DNA from: Schmidtea nova
Lineage: Eukaryota
DNA: 64,000 nt
Direction of reading: 5' to 3'
NCBI GenBank assembly: GCA_044892505.1
Contig: CM097883.1
Coordinates: 423,956,001 to 424,020,000 of the forward strand
Of the stretch, positions 15,534-27,559 are shown piece by piece. Numbering within the stretch: the stretch's first letter is position 1; the number at the start of each line of letters is the position of its first letter. Under the pieces are notes generated by a model, which was given only the letters and a program-made list of their open reading frames with translations, was not told the origin of the DNA and ran no database searches. The position numbers and the translations under genes are program-made.

Positions 15534-16601
15534 NNNNNNNNNNNNNNNNNNNNNNNNNNNNNNNNNNNNNNNNNNNNNNNNNNNNNNNNNNNNNNNNNNN
15601 NNNNNNNNNNNNNNNNNNNNNNNNNNNNNNNNNNNNNNNNNNNNNNNNNNNNNNNNNNNNNNNNNNNNNNNNNNNNNNNNNNNNNNNNNNNNNNNNNNNN
15701 NNNNNNNNNNNNNNNNNNNNNNNNNNNNNNNNNNNNNNNNNNNNNNNNNNNNNNNNNNNNNNNAAATGATAATANNNNNNNNNNNNNNNNNNNNNNNNNN
15801 NNNNNNNNNNNNNNNNNNNNNNNNNNNNNNNNNNNNNNNNNNNNNNNNNNNNNNNNNNNNNNNNNNNNNNNNNNNNNNNNNNNNNNNNNNNNNNNNNNNN
15901 NNNNNNNNNNNNNNNNNNNNNNNNNNNNNNNNNNNNNNNNNNNNNNNNNNNNNNNNNNNNNNNNNNNNNNNNNNNNNNNNNNNNNNNNNNNNNNNNNNNN
16001 NNNNNNNNNNNNNNNNNNNNNNNNNNNNNNNNNNNNNNNNNNNNNNNNNNNNNNNNNNNNNNNNNNNNNNNNNNNNNNNNNNNNNNNNNNNNNNNNNNNN
16101 AAATTATAATAAATTTTTTTATTTATCGTATTACAAAATATTATAATATAACATCTGTTAAGGTTGTCTAGATTGGTCCAAAAACAAAGTTAAATTAAAC
16201 AGAAAATTGAGTGTAAATCATTGAAAATGCCAAATTTATTAAAATTTAAAAAATTAATAAATAAAGTACAAAGATTAATTAAAAATTGGAAAAATTAATA
16301 TTTTCAAGGAAAACAGATATATACATATGGCAAATAATGAGACAAATATGAATTTAATAATATAAAATACAGAAAGTTAATCAAAAATACAAATTTATTA
16401 AAAAATAAATAAATTTAATTGCGTAATGGAAACTCCCAGCTGCAGGTCTTTAAGTGTAATTAACAAAAAAAATAAAATAATTAAATTTGTGGAACATAAA
16501 AAAATAAAATTACTTTTAACGCTTGATAATGATCGACGGCAACGAGACAATTATTTGGTTTTTGTTCTTCAAGCAAGATCCCGCCTTTCTAGTTTAATAA
16601 T

Positions 16602-16604
<3 letters not shown>

Positions 16605-16691
<87 letters not shown>
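16605..16691. repeat. (AG)n microsatellite
   Basis: Uninterrupted AG run. Confidence 0.98.
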
Positions 16692-16694
<3 letters not shown>

Positions 16695-18056
16695 TTCATG
16701 TTTTTAGTCGATCTAATTTATTTGTTTTCTTTTGAATTTTCGATAATAACATTGAATATTTATGAGAGAAGAAACCTTATAAAAGCCGAGACAATTTCTC
16801 AAAAGTTTCCAACACGTTGAAGAAAGAAATTAACAAAAAAAACAAATCGAAGAAAACCATTCAAAGTTAAAAAGAGCAAAAATTGTTGAACATGGTATCA
16901 CATATTTGTTTTGTGAAATATTACAAATGAGTGTTCGGTGTTATTCACAATTGTAATTGATTTATATTTAAATAAATTCACCGTTTTGTTTTATTATTAT
17001 TGTGGAACAAAGACTACGAGGAGCCAGAGTTCAATACCGGCAGTTATTAATACCCGTCTATGAAATCCTTATAATATTTGATAGTAAATATAAAATAAAA
17101 TTGAAACTTCTGTATTGTGGAATTCGAACTATTTAGAATTTTATACATTGTTGTTTGCGTTACAGTTATATATATAATATATTATACGCTTGCAAATGCA
17201 TTATCTACTGAATTATTATACCTGAAAATTTTTTCAGATGCAATTTTTTTTTCATCTTGTTCCTTTCTTGTTTTCTTCTGAATTCTGACAATAATTGGTC
17301 TATTGCTTACCAAAATTAATGTAAATAAACAAAAGGATAAAAAAAATCTTGACGTCAGAATCTTTGTTTCTTTTTCAAATTTTTTTAACAAATTTGAAAC
17401 TATAAAAAACTTGCGCTTTTCTTAACAATGTATTTTTGAAATTACTTGCCATATCTTTTTAAAAGAGCAAAAATATTGTGACAAATCATCAAACTGGAAA
17501 TGGAATTCATAATATTTGACTATAGTTAATTTTATTTTTATTTTATTTTTCATAATTAATTTTAGCACGTCTTCCTCGCTGGGTTCGAATTTTTTAAAAG
17601 ATTTTTTGTGACAACTAAAAATGTTTATTTGTAAATATTTGATTTCAGCATAATTTAACTAAATAAAATTTTCAAAAAAAAATCAAATAATAATTAAGAA
17701 TCTTATGACTGGCAATTAATTTATTATTTAAATACTTGTATTGTCTTAGTTTATTTATAAAATATAATTAAAATTTTTAATTGAAATTTTTTAATTGAAA
17801 ATTATTTAAAAATATTGTTTTTTCCGATATTTAATCAATACATTTGTTTATGTCTACAATAAAAATATTTTGTTTTGTAAAATTATCATAACAAATTCGG
17901 CGAAATTTTAATAATTTTTACACATTCTCAAAATGCAATTATACTTGTTTTAATCCTGTAAACCAACAATTGTGGTTAACAGGAAAAGAAATCATGCTTT
18001 ACTTCATTATATTTGGTTTATTTGACCATTATTTTCCAAAAGAAAATTTTTTTAAT

Positions 18057-18106
<50 letters not shown>

Positions 18107-19399
18107 ATTTAAATATATATTTATGTCGAAATCATGCTAGTGATGTGCGCCTTCTTAATATCCCTTGAGAATAGAGAAAATCAGAATTGATTTTTATATT
18201 CTTGATATTGTTAAAGAATTAATTTTGTCTCTCTGCTGGCGTTCGTTATATTTTTTCGTACGAGAGCTTCATAATTAATACATATTTTATATTATTATTT
18301 AAGTCACAAAACATGCAGTTTAAAAATTTAGAAATTCTGCATCGTAAAAAAGAAAGTTTAAAAACAATTACAGTCAATTGTCCTTTATTATTAAAAAAAT
18401 AAATAAATAAAAAGCAACTCATTAAAGTAAACAAAATATGTTAATACACAAAAGAATTTTATGCTTTGAGAAATATTTTCATCTATAAAAGAATAATAAT
18501 TTTGATTTACTTAAAAATATTAAAGTAACTTTTTTTTTAAAAATTAAATATCGCAAATTTTTTTTTTGCTAATACTGATTTGAAATTTCCTGAATTTACT
18601 TCTACTTTTTCCAATAATTTTAATAAATATTTTTCGGTTGTTTACAAATAGATAAACAAATTAAATATTTTAAGAAAATTTATATTTTGTTCAAATTTAA
18701 TGAAATCAATAATCTAAATTTTCTAATTAGCTTTAATTTACATTTTAATTATATTTTTAGTCGTTTTATAATGTTTGTAACAGTACAATATTAAAATATT
18801 ATTTAAACAGTTAATTACATCATTAAAACGACACAATATTAGTTTATACAGTAAAACAAATTTATTTCTGAATCAATATTTTGTTTTGTTAAATTAGAGA
18901 GAAAATATTTTTTTAATTTAATTAGATTTAAATCTTTTATTGATTTTTTTCAATTCTAAAATTAATTGCTAGTAAAGATCAGGCTTTATTTTAAAAATTG
19001 AATAAAGAGATTATTTTTTCTTTTGAGCCTTCTTTCAGAAAACCAACACAAATATCATTTAAAAATCAAAATCAGTTTATTACATCTAGAGAAATATCAT
19101 TATTAGTTACAATGAAACATAAGAATTAATTAATAACGATACATGATTTCTCTATACCAATTCTGGAGGGGAAAAAAACTGGAAAAAATATACAAATTTA
19201 TTTTGAATTCAAAAAAAAAATCAAAAAATCACTGCAAATAATCGGAACGAGTTTACGTTTTAGTGGAGAAATTGGATAATCTTATCGCCGAAGTTGTTGG
19301 GTGGTAAAATATATATTTTTTTATATAAAATTTAATAAATGTTCCAGTATTACTTTAGTAATTAAAATGAGAAAATATTAATTTTGTTTTATCGGAATA

Positions 19400-20250
19400 A
19401 GCTCAGCCTCTTCCTCCAGATGGTTATTGTCTCAGAGTCATATTTGTCTTAGTTTGTACACTGTGTTCGTACTGTTTCGTTGCGTGATTCAGTGAGTATA
19501 GCTGGATTTTAATTTTAAAAAAAAGCAAATTTGCATCACAACTGTCTTCATCATCATCTTCATCATCATCCTCATCATCCTCATCATCATCACTATCATC
19601 CTCCCTACATGCGTAATAGTATTCATGTGCGCACCGGGGAAATCGAGCGAACGGACTCGTCGCTGTGTGTAAACGACAACATGCATCCATTTTACTACAA
19701 TGAACAGTTGTTATTTTTTGAGCTCAATAGAAATCATATGATGTTAATGAGTCTGGGTGCTAATTGAGTTTTTTTTTTATTTTTTTTCCAGTTTTTCATC
19801 AGAAATTTTCCATCTCTGCACAACGAACAATGCTGCAATGTGATTCGCAAATAGAAAATATGTTGCTCTTGTAATAAATTTTTAATCTCTACAACAACAC
19901 TTTCTACTGTTACTGTAACTACGAATTTTCGATAATAGCCAGATGGCTGCTCGCTCGATTGGAGACGAAGTACATTAAGACGGAATCCTCCTTCTCCAAT
20001 CTGTATCTGTGTGTGTCTATTGAGGCAGTTCTTTTCTGAGTGTATTTTTTCTATTGTATGCAGTGGATGCATTTTACTAAAGTATTTCAGAGGCAGAACT
20101 CCGAGATGAATGCTGTCTATTCTGAGTTGCTAGCTAATTTAGTTCTCATGAATGCTCATTAGTCGCTAATGCAATCGGAACTGTGTGGAGCAGCAATGTT
20201 GCCTCTCAATATTGTCACAGCCTCCCTTACGCTACCCCCTCTCCTACAAT
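19400..20250 (+). other. GC-enriched island with splice signals; candidate 5' exons or UTR of the NFI gene
   Basis: Donor gtgagt at 19492; branch-like gctaat, poly-T and ccag acceptor at 19790-91; ATG at 19943 (MAARSIGDE|gtacat, phase 0 compatible with 22423); (TCN)n repeat at 19545-19605. Confidence 0.3.
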
Positions 20251-20820
20251 ATATCTAAAATCAGCAATACATTTTTATTAAAAAAAAATCATACTACTAT
20301 TTAAATGACTTTCTTTTTCCATTAATTTTATCTTCTATTTTAATTATTCTCAATCATTTAATTTAAAATTAAATCAACTAATATTTGTTTTAATAACTTA
20401 ACAAGTTTTATTAAAGAGCTAAATAAAACTATTGAAATTTAAATATTAAAATAAATTTTTAAAAAAAACTTGAAACTATTCATCTATTGAATTTACTTTC
20501 ATTTGTCTCTTGTGCTCATTAAATCATGTCTAATATGCTGTTTGCATATATATTAAATAAAAGTGAATGGATATATACACAATCAAAGATTATTAATGTT
20601 GAAGACATTTTTTTATTTATCAATTAATACATGAATTGAAATTTTTTCTGTTATTAATAATGTTTAAAGAAGATTTAAACTAATCTCATTGGTTTATTAA
20701 CAATGCATTAGTTAAATTAAATTATAACTTGATAATAAAAAATGTTACAATAATAATAAAAAAATATGATAATAATAATTATAATAATAATAATAATAAT
20801 AATTATTATTATTATTATAA

Positions 20821-21034
20821 TTATCTTTTTTCACCTTTGATCTTTTTTTATTATTATTATCAATAATTCTCATAATGACTATAGATCAAAATTTTTTTTT
20901 ATAAACAATAACACAATATTTCGGCACAGCCTTTATCAAGTGTGTATTTACACACTTGATAAAGGCTGTGCCGAAATATTGTGTTATTGTTTATAAAAAA
21001 AAATTTTGATCTATAGTCATTATGAGAATTATTG

Positions 21035-21043
<9 letters not shown>
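20821..21043. mobile_element. Foldback-type element copy forming a perfect palindrome
   Basis: Arms 20852-20946 and 20949-21043 (95 bp, no mismatch seen, 2-nt loop). Outer module ttttcacctttgatc is on the left only; flanked by (TAA)n/(ATT)n. Confidence 0.85.
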
Positions 21044-21121
<78 letters not shown>

Positions 21122-22422
21122 TTCTTAGATGTATAAATACTTTGATTGTAATATTTAAAAATAATATTAATTATATTTCTAGCTCAGGATAATATAAATT
21201 TATATCCCGCAATTAATAGATGATTTTTTGTATTTTATTTACTAATTTTCTGTGGATACTTTTTATCATACTGCATTATTTCTTTGACTTTGATCATAGG
21301 GTGCTTTTGTAATTTTAGAAGCTATCTTTGTTGTGGCTAATTTATGTATTTCTCAATATTTTATAATTTTATATAAAAGAATATTTTTTAGTCAATACAT
21401 ATTTATTCTATTTTCCAAACTTTATTTTAACTCAATTGAACATATTTTGTTACATTAATTCAGTTTAAATAAACAAAAATAGAANNNNNNNNNNNNNNNN
21501 NNNNNNNNNNNNNNNNNNNNNNNNNNNNNNNNNNNNNNNNNNNNNNNNNNNNNNNNNNNNNNNNNNNNNNNNNNNNNNNNNNNNNNNNNNNNNNNNNNNN
21601 NNNNNNNNNNNNNNNNNNNNNNNNNNNNNNNNNNNNNNNNNNNNNNNNNNNNNNNNNNNNNNNNNNNNNNNNNNNNNNNNNNNNNNNNNNNNNNNNNNNN
21701 NNNNNNNNNNNNNNNNNNNNNNNNNNNNNNNNNNNNNNNNNNNNNNNNNNNNNNNNNNNNNNNNNNNNNNNNNNNNNNNNNNNNNNNNNNNNNNNNNNNN
21801 NNNNNNNNNNNNNNNNNNNNNNNNNNNNNNNNNNNNNNNNNNNNNNNNNNNNNNNNNNNNNNNNNNNNNNNNNNNNNNNNNNNNNNNNNNNNNNNNNNNN
21901 NNNNNNNNNNNNNNNNNNNNNNNNNNNNNNNNNNNNNNNNNNNNNNNNNNNNNNNNNNNNNNNNNNNNNNNNNNNNNNNNNNNNNNNNNNNNNNNNNNNN
22001 NNNNNNNNNNNNNNNNNNNNNNNNNNNNNNNNNNNNNNNNNNNNNNNNNNNNNNNNNNNNNNNNNNNNNNNNNNNNNNNNNNNNNNNNNNNNNNNNNNNN
22101 NNNNNNNNNNNNNNNNNNNNNNNNNNNNNNNNNNNNNNNNNNNNNNNNNNGGCTGTGCCGAAATATTGTGTACTTATTTAAAGAAATTTTGGTCTTTCAT
22201 TATGGGAATTTTTGATATTAATATTATTATTAATATTANNNNNNNNNNNNNNNNNNNNNNNNNNNNNNNNNNNNNNNNNNNNNNNNNNNNNNNNNNNNNN
22301 NNNNNNNNNNNNNNNNNNNNNNNNNNNNNNNNNNNNNNNNNNNNNNNNNNNNNNNNNNNNNNNNNNNNNNNNNNNNNNNNNNNNNNNNNNNNNNCAAATT
22401 TCTTTATCTTTGCATTTTTTAG

Positions 22423-22632
22423 GAAATGTCTTGTCGAGCTGAAACTGAAATGGTGATGAATCTTTTAAAGAAATTGTATAAAGAATTGGCTTCCGATTCA
22501 ATAATTTGGTTCATAAAATGTTGGTTAAGACTTCCTGAAACTCGAGGTGAAAATTACTACAGTTGTGTCCTGAGTCGAGGTGATGCCAGAGGTCGCATGC
22601 GGCGAATTGACGGAGGAAAAGGTTCAGACAAG
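22423..22632 (+). CDS. NFI: NFI/CTF-family transcription factor, internal exon encoding the first half of the MH1-type DNA-binding domain
   Basis: Acceptor tttttag at 22421-22 and donor AAG|gtaaat at 22633; phase 0 at both ends. Encodes EMSCRAETEMVMNLLKKLYKEL...SCVLSRGDARGRMRRIDGGKGSDK. This aligns by eye to NFI RLLAKLRKDI...[24 protein letters not shown] (recalled from memory). Confidence 0.9.
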
Positions 22633-23417
22633 GTAAATTGAAATTTCTTCAACTGTTGCATGTCGTGCTATCTGTTTTTGAATTAAATTAATCAATATCA
22701 ACTTTCGATTGATTACTAATTGTAATCAAATCCCGTCTCCCGGGCTGAAAATGTGCTCATCCCTAAAAAAACCAGTTCGATAATTCGATAATTTCAATTA
22801 AATAGTATACGATGGGATTTGAGTTTGTCGAAGCAGATGTTCATTGACATTAGTATTTCAAGAAAAGCAAAATATGGTTATATTTAAACAAAATTAACTT
22901 TTTATATTCAGCTGGATGTATTTTTGATAATTTAGGTTAGTAAATTTTAAAAAAATTAAAATTAAAAATTAAAATTGATAGTTTTTCTTTTTTTCGAATT
23001 ATTTTAACAAACGTGTGCTCAATAAGGAGTTAAATGAAAAAAAAGTAATTCAAAGATTAACCCCAAGATAAATAATTAATGTCGTCTGGCAAGACCAGAA
23101 ACTACATATGAGACGAAATATAAATTGATGCTCTACTGGCATGTTTATAGCTCATATTGGGCACTCGCTCCCGATTTTGGGGTGATTGATAGGTATATTT
23201 CATCAGTACCCCACGGTTTGAAATAAAAATAAATCTGGCATGTCATTATATCACTAATTTGATTTATTCTCCATAACTCTATAATGACAATTTCACATGA
23301 TTCACAAGTAATTTGTTGATGTAATTGTTTTTAAAATTTTTATTTTTATTATTATAATTAATAATTAATTAATTATTTAATAATAGAAAAATTCCAATTA
23401 AGTAAATTCAACATAAA

Positions 23418-23455
23418 CGCGATATATATCGATTGTATAACAATCTTCTTCAGGC
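23418..23455 (-). ncRNA. Inverted copy of the same hammerhead motif
   Basis: Minus strand: tgc-CTGAAGA-a-GATTG ttata CAATC-GATA-tata-TC-gcg. Confidence 0.68.
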
Positions 23456-24531
23456 AACAATCAGGATAATCAATAATAAATAGACAATATGCAATATCTA
23501 AACAAATTAATCAATAATAATCATCCTCAGACTATATCAAAATTTAACTTTTTTAAAATCAAATTTAATTTTTTTACATAAAATTTTAAAAATTAATTAA
23601 TAAACAAACATAAAATTTATTTAAAATTCAACATACAATTAAATTTTTTTTTTTAAATGAAAATATTTACAAAAATCGAAACATTGTGAGACTGAAATAT
23701 ATAGAAAGTCGACTGACACTGGTCTGTATAATACTCCTGATAGTTTTTGTGAATTTAAATATAAGAGGAATATGGTGAGAGGATTAGTGTTTCGTGCTTG
23801 GTCATTATCTTCTACGTTTGTTAATTTAATAAAATGTATTGATGCCTTGGTTGTTACTTAAAAATGGTTGCTCTAAATCTTTTCTTGAGAAAATAACAAA
23901 AGTGATTGTGGATAAGTTAATTTTGAATTCTAATAATTTTGGTATAGGTGTGTCTGGATCTAAGGTATCTATTGATTTTGATAAAAGTACTCTTTTAATT
24001 TCGGAAAGTAAAAAAATCCATCTAATCGCACTGAGCCGAAATATGTGTTAGTATTGCCTTATCTTGAGGACTTCAGAGAATTTAAGCATAAGATTCTCAG
24101 ACCTGTTTCTCAAAAATGTCCAACGCCATTTGATTTGTGCTCTGAACTCGTGTATTAATTTTCATGTAATGAGTGTAATGCCACATTCATTGGAGAGACT
24201 GCCTGTCATCTCTGCACCCGAGTTCTTAGCATTGCTGACCAAAAGGATTGACTAATATTAGTGATCATTTTAGGGGAAATGTAGCAGTAATAATATAGGT
24301 ATCTCTGATTTTAAAATTATTTCAAAAGGTTTAAGTAATTATTGGGAGTGAGTAACTTGTGAGGCATTGTTGATTAGATATTTCAATCCAAAAATAAATG
24401 ATCAAGTTGCCCGTTCCAAGGATATTTTGAATGTGTTTAAGTAACTGGATGTTGAATGTTGCGAATTGTGTTTGTGGTATAATTATGTTTGTTTTTGCAT
24501 ATTTTCTATTTATTATTGATTGTTCTTATTG

Positions 24532-24571
24532 CCGCCTGACGAAGATTGCTATACAATCGATATATATCGCG
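24532..24571 (+). ncRNA. Type-I minimal hammerhead ribozyme motif (GAUA variant) in the PLE pLTR
   Basis: ccgc-CTGACGA-a-GATTG ctata CAATC-GATA-tata-TC-gcg: 5-bp stem II, palindromic stem III, 3-bp stem I, A14 changed to U. Confidence 0.7.
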
Positions 24572-24689
24572 TTTATGTTGAATTTACTTAGTTGGCGTTT
24601 TTATCTTATTAAATTATTGCCACGTTTTTTTAATTATATAATTAATTTTTTTTTTATTTTTTAATTATTTATTTTTTAAAATTTATTAA

Positions 24690-25470
24690 TTATCACCGTT
24701 ATCTTTTGATTTCACATTTGATCTATTTTTTTTAATTCAATTATATTAATTTTCCTAAGAGTAAATCAATTTTTTTGGTTATTACCCACATGATATTTCG
24801 GCTCAGTCTTTATCAAGGGTGTATTTCAATTGTTATACTAACTTAATCTTAAATAGTAAATTTAATCATTTATCTATTTACATCCATCCTACTTTTATCA
24901 CTTATGATCTATTAAAGTCGTCACTTTGAAAGCCCCTAATATCAAACATCTATAAACATAAATGTTTTTGTCGCTCTAAAACCAGATACTTTTGCTTTTC
25001 CAAAAATATAGAAAATAATCTAACCTGTCTATAATGTAATTCTACCTACATAGATAAATACATACAAATTTTCGCACACGATTTCATGAACACACTAAAA
25101 ATAAAACCAGCAATTAATACGAACACTGGGAGGGAGCACATAAAATGATCCACAAAAAAATCCATATACGAAATAAAAAGTCAACTTTTACAAGAAGTAT
25201 TTTAAAATTCATTACAAAGATTAGCTTTCTAAAATTCTTTTATCAAAAAACACAAACTGCCCATCAACATTCAATTCGCATAAAAAAATTATGTTTTAAG
25301 TTTAGAATTACATTTAAACGACATTAAATAAATATTTGTCCAATAAAATCATTTTGAAATATAAAATAAAATAATTAAATTTATTAATTAAGATTAGGTT
25401 AATATAACGATTGAAAAACACCCTTGATAAAGGCTGTGCCATAAAATCGTGTACATGATAAGCAAAATAA
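24690..25470. mobile_element. Diverged foldback-family copy with a ~500-bp non-palindromic interior
   Basis: Left arm ...tatttcggctcagtctttatcaagggtgtatttcaattgttatactaacttaatc is inverted against ...gattaggttaatataacgattgaaaaacacccttgataaaggctgtgcc. Confidence 0.65.
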
Positions 25471-25627
25471 TTTTATTTAGGCTTACAAAAATAATAATAA
25501 AATTATTGAATTTATTAATTAATTATTAATAATTAATTTGTAATTGAATTAATAATTATATTGGCTTTATTTAAACAAATTTGTTATATAGTAAAAAAAT
25601 ATATAATTTTTTTTCAAATCTTTAAAG

Positions 25628-25949
25628 GTCTGGAGATTAGACACAATAGTCAGCATGCTGTATCACGGAATGCCAATGTCTAGTACGGACACAAACATTA
25701 TCGTTCATACCTGTGATCAGGAGCTTTGCGTTCGACCTCAACACCTGAGATTTCGAGCGAGTGCTGTGGCTTTAGCTGTAGTATTGAAAGCTCTTCAACA
25801 AGGTGGCTATCAGTTAATTCCACCGAAAAAAGTTACCAAAGATAAAGACAATGAAAAACCAGAATCGGCCGATACTGAAAACGGACAGGAGCCAAACAGT
25901 AACAGATCCGGTTCAGCAAGTTCAGTAATAAGTGGAACACAAAATCAAG
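25628..25949 (+). CDS. NFI: NFI/CTF-family exon encoding the second half of the DNA-binding domain plus linker
   Basis: Acceptor aaag at 25626-27 (phase 0) joins ...SDK to VWRLDTIVSMLYHGMPMSSTD...TCDQELCVRPQH, matching NFI [21 protein letters not shown]...QCSNPGLCVQPHH. Donor AAG|gtatgc at 25950, phase 1. Confidence 0.92.
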
Positions 25950-26225
25950 GTATGCAGTCATTTTGTTTTTGCTTATATCTATTTAAAAATCTGTATGAAA
26001 TTGTTGAGTCTCGTTCGTGTTTCAATAGAATGATAGATTTTCATTAATTACTTTCAAATATCCATGATTTAGTGCGTTTCGTTCTCTGTAAAATCATGAA
26101 TTTCAATGAGTCTCGAATAGCATGATACAAGAAAATGTACAACTCTTCACTCATTCATTTCCTTGAATTTGTGTGTCTATTTTTAGTAAAATCGATAAAT
26201 GCATTCGATATTTAATTTTTTTAAT

Positions 26226-26267
<42 letters not shown>

Positions 26268-27473
26268 TTGTTTTAATTAATCAAAATTAATTAATGTCTA
26301 AATATTAAAATTTATTGGTGAAATAATTTTCTAATGTTAATATTTATTTCTTCTTTTTTCGACTATCAATCAATATTCGGTTTTATTTTTACCAAAAAAT
26401 ATTTACCAATCGTCTGAAAAAAAAACAAATGACGTTAGAGGAATTCGAAAAAATATTGATGGTGATAAAGATTTGAGATTTTTTGATACTTAAATATATT
26501 AGGTTAAATTAAAAGAATTATAAATAAGAAAGAGAAGATTAGAAATTAAAATTTTAATAAATATAATAGCAGTCGTTTATTGGTTTATTTACTTTGAAAA
26601 GTTTTGTTCTTCTCTTTAGTTTCTCTAAAGATTTTTTCCATTTTTAATAACCATTTTGCATTTAATATCGCATTTTAAAATTAAATTTTCAATCATCGAA
26701 AATTTTTCCACTTTCATATTTTTAATTTTAAAATAATAAAATTTTATTACTTATTTCTTCAATATTTAAATCTTTACGTGGTTTATCAATAATTAGTCAT
26801 TAAAATTCACCCAATAAGGTAAAGATGAAAAATATTAAAAATTAAAATAAAACAATTTTAACATAATTTCTTTTCTTATAGGAAAACGAATAAACAATTA
26901 AAAATTTATTTTTTTTAATTTTTTAACAAATTTATATTATGTATATATACGTGTGTGTTACAGTAAAAGTATTAATTTTAGTCAATTTACACATTTACTA
27001 GTATCAGTATAATAANNNNNNNNNNNNNNNNNNNNNNNNNNNNNNNNNNNNNNNNNNNNNNNNNNNNNNNNNNNNNNNNNNNNNNNNNNNNNNNNNNNNN
27101 NNNNNNNNNNNNNNNNNNNNNNNNNNNNNNNNNNNNNNNNNNNNNNNNNNNNNNNNNNNATGACTATAGATCAAAATTTTTTTTATAAACAATAACACAA
27201 TATTTCAGCACAGNNNNNNNNNNNNNNNNNNNNNNNNNNNNNNNNNNNNNNNNNNNNNNNNNNNNNNNNNNNNNNNNNNNNNNNNNNNNNNNNNNNNNNN
27301 NNNNNNNNNNNNNNNNNNNNNNNNNNNNNNNNNNNNNNNNNNNNNNNNNNNNNNNNNNNNNNNNNNNNNNNNNNNNNNNNNNNNNNNNNNNNNNNNNNNN
27401 NNNNNNNNNNNNNNNNNNNNNNNNNNNNNNNNNNNNNNNNATCTGTACATTGACTGAAATTCATACTTTTACT

Positions 27474-27476
<3 letters not shown>

Positions 27477-27555
<79 letters not shown>
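27477..27555. repeat. (TA)n microsatellite; similar runs near 9625, 18060, 26230, 50670, 52565, 53045 and 61780
   Basis: Directly visible. Confidence 0.97.

Positions 27556-27559
<4 letters not shown>

Larger units (their letters stand above)
23365..24615 (+). mobile_element. Degenerate Penelope-like element (RT C-terminus plus GIY-YIG endonuclease) flanked by inverted pLTR copies
   Basis: Interrupted frames read TDTGLYNTPDSFCEFKYKRNMVRGLVFRAWSLSS, LLLKNGCSKSFL, FSCNECNATFIGETACHLCTR and CEALLIRYFNPKIN. Region ~23365-23510 is the inverted copy of ~24483-24615. Confidence 0.85.

Noticed and set aside
19734-20072. IGEGGF kinase-like glycine loop in a minus-strand ORF
   Set aside because: No VAxK, HRD or DFG motifs follow, so it is probably chance.
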